In this document: piece after piece, positions 60,672 to 64,000 of the stretch | Layout of the letters: every line of letters begins with the position of its first letter | How positions within the stretch are numbered: the first letter of the stretch is position 1 | DNA from: Azolla caroliniana | Taxonomy: Eukaryota > Plantae > Polypodiophyta | Reading direction: 5' to 3' | DNA: 64,000 nucleotides | Assembly (NCBI GenBank): GCA_043228905.1 | Contig: JBHGNT010000014.1 | Coordinates: forward strand, 10,850,001 to 10,914,000 | The notes under the pieces: model-generated | What the model was told of the DNA's origin: nothing | What the model saw: the letters and a program-made list of their open reading frames with translations, nothing else | Database searches by the model: none | Made by a program: the position numbers and the translations under genes

Positions 60672-63620
60672 TCATTCTTCCTCCAAAATATCGAGCACAC
60701 TCTGCTCGATGGTGTCAAGTGGTGCTTCTTCCTCCAATTCTTGTTCCTTGCCTGCCTAGTCTCCGACCTCCGGTTGGGTTGGCTGTTCCGTAAAAATTTG
60801 CTGCTCCGGCTCTGCTTGATTCTGTGGTGCCGGTGCTTCCTCACCGCTTCGTCCGGGTTCTTCCTGTTCTCCCTCCGTTCCAAGCTCTGTTCTGTTACCA
60901 GTGTCGCTTTCTCCGGTCTCGACTGGTCGGCTCGGTACGCCTTCTTCCTCTGCTCTGGTGTCTTCCGGTCTCAGCTCTTCTTCTTCTCCGGCATCGGTCT
61001 GCTCCTGCTCTTCTTCTTCTCCTTCGAACGGAAGTTCTTCTTCGGGTATTCCTCGTCAGGGTTGTTCGGTGTCGGTTGGTTCAACTTCAGCCGGTCGCTC
61101 TCCCTCACTTATAGTGATTGGCGTCGTTCTTCCCTTGGCTTCCTGTCGTAACCGGTCCTGCTCGTATTTCTCCAACTCCAACTGAGTTGCGAGCTGCCCG
61201 TCATCCAACCTCTCTACCAACCCTCGGATTTCTTTGAGATGTTCTTCCACTAAAGCGTAGAAATCCTCCGACAATTCTTCCCGAATGGCGACGATACTTT
61301 CTTCATCCATCTTGTAGAACTTGTCACCGGTCTTCCTCCGATTCTCGGCATCCGCTCGGAGTGTCTGCATCTCGGCTGCCTGTTGTGACCACTCCTTCCA
61401 TAGCTTTTCCGTACTTTCGTTGATGCTTGCCTGAGCGCAGGTACTCCAACCTAACATGATGAGCTTGATCCGGTCAACCCCCGCCTTAGCATGCGCATAA
61501 GCTTCTTGCTTTTCCTTCCTTGCCTGTTTTATAATGTCGGTCATTATTTGAGCCTGGGCCTCGTAATCCGCTTTCTGCTTTTCATAGGTACTTTGCAGTT
61601 TGCTGATCGTGAAGGTCGATTTTTCCTTTTCTTCATTCCTGATCTTGGTCAGATCCAGCTTTTCCCGCCTTAGCGCCTCTAATTCCTTCCTTCTCTCCGT
61701 TGCTTGGGCTATTTCCGCCGACAATGCTTCCTTGTTGGCACTGACCTCATCCATTGCCTTAGCCAGGTCTAATCGGGTCTCTTTGAGCTGTTCTTTCATC
61801 TTCTCTATTTTCCGGTCGTAGTCTGCTGCCCGTTTCTTGTTGTCCGACTCGGCCTGCTTGTGATCTCGGTAGAGACGGTCGAAGTCCTCCGTCTTCTGCT
61901 TCAGGCGTCGGTTTGCCTGAGCTCTTAACCGATCGTCCCGGTCCTTCTGTTGTCAGAGTTCTTCCTGCAGTCGTTCTATCTCCTCCTCGGCATGTCGACG
62001 CAGTCGGTCCTTCTCCTTTTGCAGCTTTTCTTTTTCTTCTTGCAGTCGGTCATTAGTGGCTCGGCCTTTCCGGAGGCCTTCTTCCATTTTTCGCCTGTCA
62101 TCCTCCACCGCTTTCCGCTGCTCCCTTTCTCTTTCCCTTAATGCCTCCTGAGCTTTTAACTCCTCTCGTAAGGTTTCTATTATTTTTTCGGTCTCAGGAC
62201 CGGTTTGCAAGGCTACCGGTTCCGGTTCCGGTTCTGGTTGCTTCCTTGTTGTCCTGACCGGCTCGGTGACAACTTGTGCTTGTTGAATTCCTTCCCTTGC
62301 CTACAACAGCTCCCCTTGCATTTCCTCGATCTGTGTTCGGAGCGCGACCAACTCTTGAGTTGTTGTATGCGTCAGCTGTTGCCTACACGTTTCTTCTTCC
62401 TCTAACTGGTCCGCTACTCCCGATAACTGCTCCGAAAGCCATCTCAGCCATTGTGGCTTTGTGCTTCCTGTGTTGGGGTGGCCTTGCTCACTTCTACTGC
62501 TTAACTCAGGCTGTTTTTCCGGCCTTTTCTCTGGCTCCGGCGCTTGTTCATTCTTCTTCTCTGGGATGACCGGTTCTCTGAAGTCCGGCACAACCGGTGT
62601 CGGTGGTGCTTCCCTCGGTACGGGTTCCGGTACTGCTTCCGCCTCGGCTACTGGAGGTGATCCTTGCGCCCTCTGCTGAGTTTTGTCAACTGGTGGAGCC
62701 GGTCCTTTCGCCCGTCTCTCCCGACCTTGTCTTGCTGGGAGTCTTACCAGTGGTTCGGATGAGTCTTCTGTTTCAGCTTCCTCCTCCGGTGCGGTTACCA
62801 GACGGACCTTTTGTATAAAGACCTCTGGTTCCGGTTCCGGCCGTCGCAACGTTATATTAATTGGTTTGAGCGCTACCGGTTCCTCCTCGGCCGATTTCCC
62901 TTTGCCTTTTCCTGCCGGTTTTGCCTTTGTTGCCGATTCCTGTTGCTATCGGGATGGTCCTTCCCCCCGCTGTTCTACTTCTTGCTGGGTCAATCCGGGG
63001 GTGTGTTTCTCCAGGATCTGTCGGCGCTTTGTGACCTTTTTCGGCGTCGTCTCCTGCCGACCTCTTTTCTTTTGTGTGATGGGGAGCACCGGTGGGACTA
63101 GCACTATCCCGGCCCATAGCTTTTTTCCTTCCACAAGATTCTTGATGGCCTCCTTCAATCCTTCAGTTATGAAATGGAGCCAGTCTACTTGTAATCCTTC
63201 GTATGCTGCTATTAAGAACGTTGCCCGGTACCTGGCTATGGCTGGGGGACGAGGATTCACGAATCCGTATTCCATCATGGCGCGAGCCACTTCTCCGAAT
63301 AGCAGGTTCTCTCCGCCCTGTGTTCGGTACGCCTTGCTGCTGATAGAACGCTCACGGAAATATTCGAACAGGATTTCACTTGAAGGGTTTTCGATTGTTT
63401 GAAGCCCTCCTGCTTTTATCCCCATGAGCGCCTGCACCGCTCCTTCCGTGATTTCTGATAAATCGATCGATGCTGCCACCTGCTCTGGTTCTGCATGTGG
63501 TGGAGCGTCGGCGATCCGTAGCAATCCTTTTAACCCGTTCTCCCTCATCCATTGGCGTGCCTCCTCCGACAGTACCATTGTTTCGAATTCTTCCTTTGCT
63601 GTCTGTTGTTCAGGATCGGG
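60672..63620 (-). pseudogene. Unknown accessory ORF of element B (N-terminal domain, Pro/Glu linker, long coiled coil, charged tail)
   Basis: Fragments 62946-63578, 62301-62849, 61953-62210, 61056-61799; last codons ILEEE*; TATA-like ctatataat at ~63715-63723 on the minus strand. Confidence 0.7.
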
Positions 63621-64000
63621 CTATGTGTGCGTTGTGCGTCGGATCGCTCTTCTGTGCTTCTGCGCCTGTGTGTAGGAAAATTCGTAAAAAGTAAGTCCTT
63701 CGCAGGCCTGTGTATTATATAGTGGCTTTTGCCTCGAGCCGCCCTTTTTCGTTTCCCGCGCATGTTCCTCTCCCGCCATAATTAGTATGTCCTTTCTTGT
63801 TTGCCGCGTGTGAGTGCCCACGTTCCATGCTTTAAATAGCAAGTACGCACACGTCCTTCTTTAATGCATGGCGCCTCTTCGTTGCATGGTGGCGCTCCCA
63901 CCTCTTGTGATCTCCCCATCACTACTATGATTCGCGTCGATTTTGCCCACGTCTCTTTTATTTCTTTTTTATTTCTTTTTTTTATTTCTTTTTTTTTCCT

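Overview
No intact host gene is recognisable. The window is a dense nest of plant-type transposable elements; the element types suggest a non-seed land plant (bryophyte or fern), which is inference only. Contents: (1) at least three Ty1/copia groups (Tnt1/Tork-like and Bryco-like, tRNA-iMet PBS), all decayed and nested; (2) a tRNA-Trp-primed non-chromovirus Ty3/gypsy group with 4-bp TSDs: a full-length decayed copy (6751-14508), a young gag-only derivative (18815-22366), a solo LTR (26094-26799) and a gag fragment; (3) a very young self-priming Tcn1/Tf1-like chromovirus (48704-54354); (4) a decayed Sola2-like DNA transposase gene whose intron holds a ~2 kb palindromic satellite plus the chromovirus, lying convergent to an FCP1/NIF-like pseudo-phosphatase gene; (5) two nested related elements at 57123-64000, each with an unknown coiled-coil ORF that stops ~30 nt from a tRNA-Arg 3'-end 16-mer abutting an LTR. 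The strongest unexplained signals are an antisense tRNA-type Pol III promoter (A box and B box, 43 nt apart in every case) in the U3 of three different gypsy LTR families, and the tRNA-Arg motif that may occupy the polypurine-tract position. All family names come from motif recognition, not database searches.
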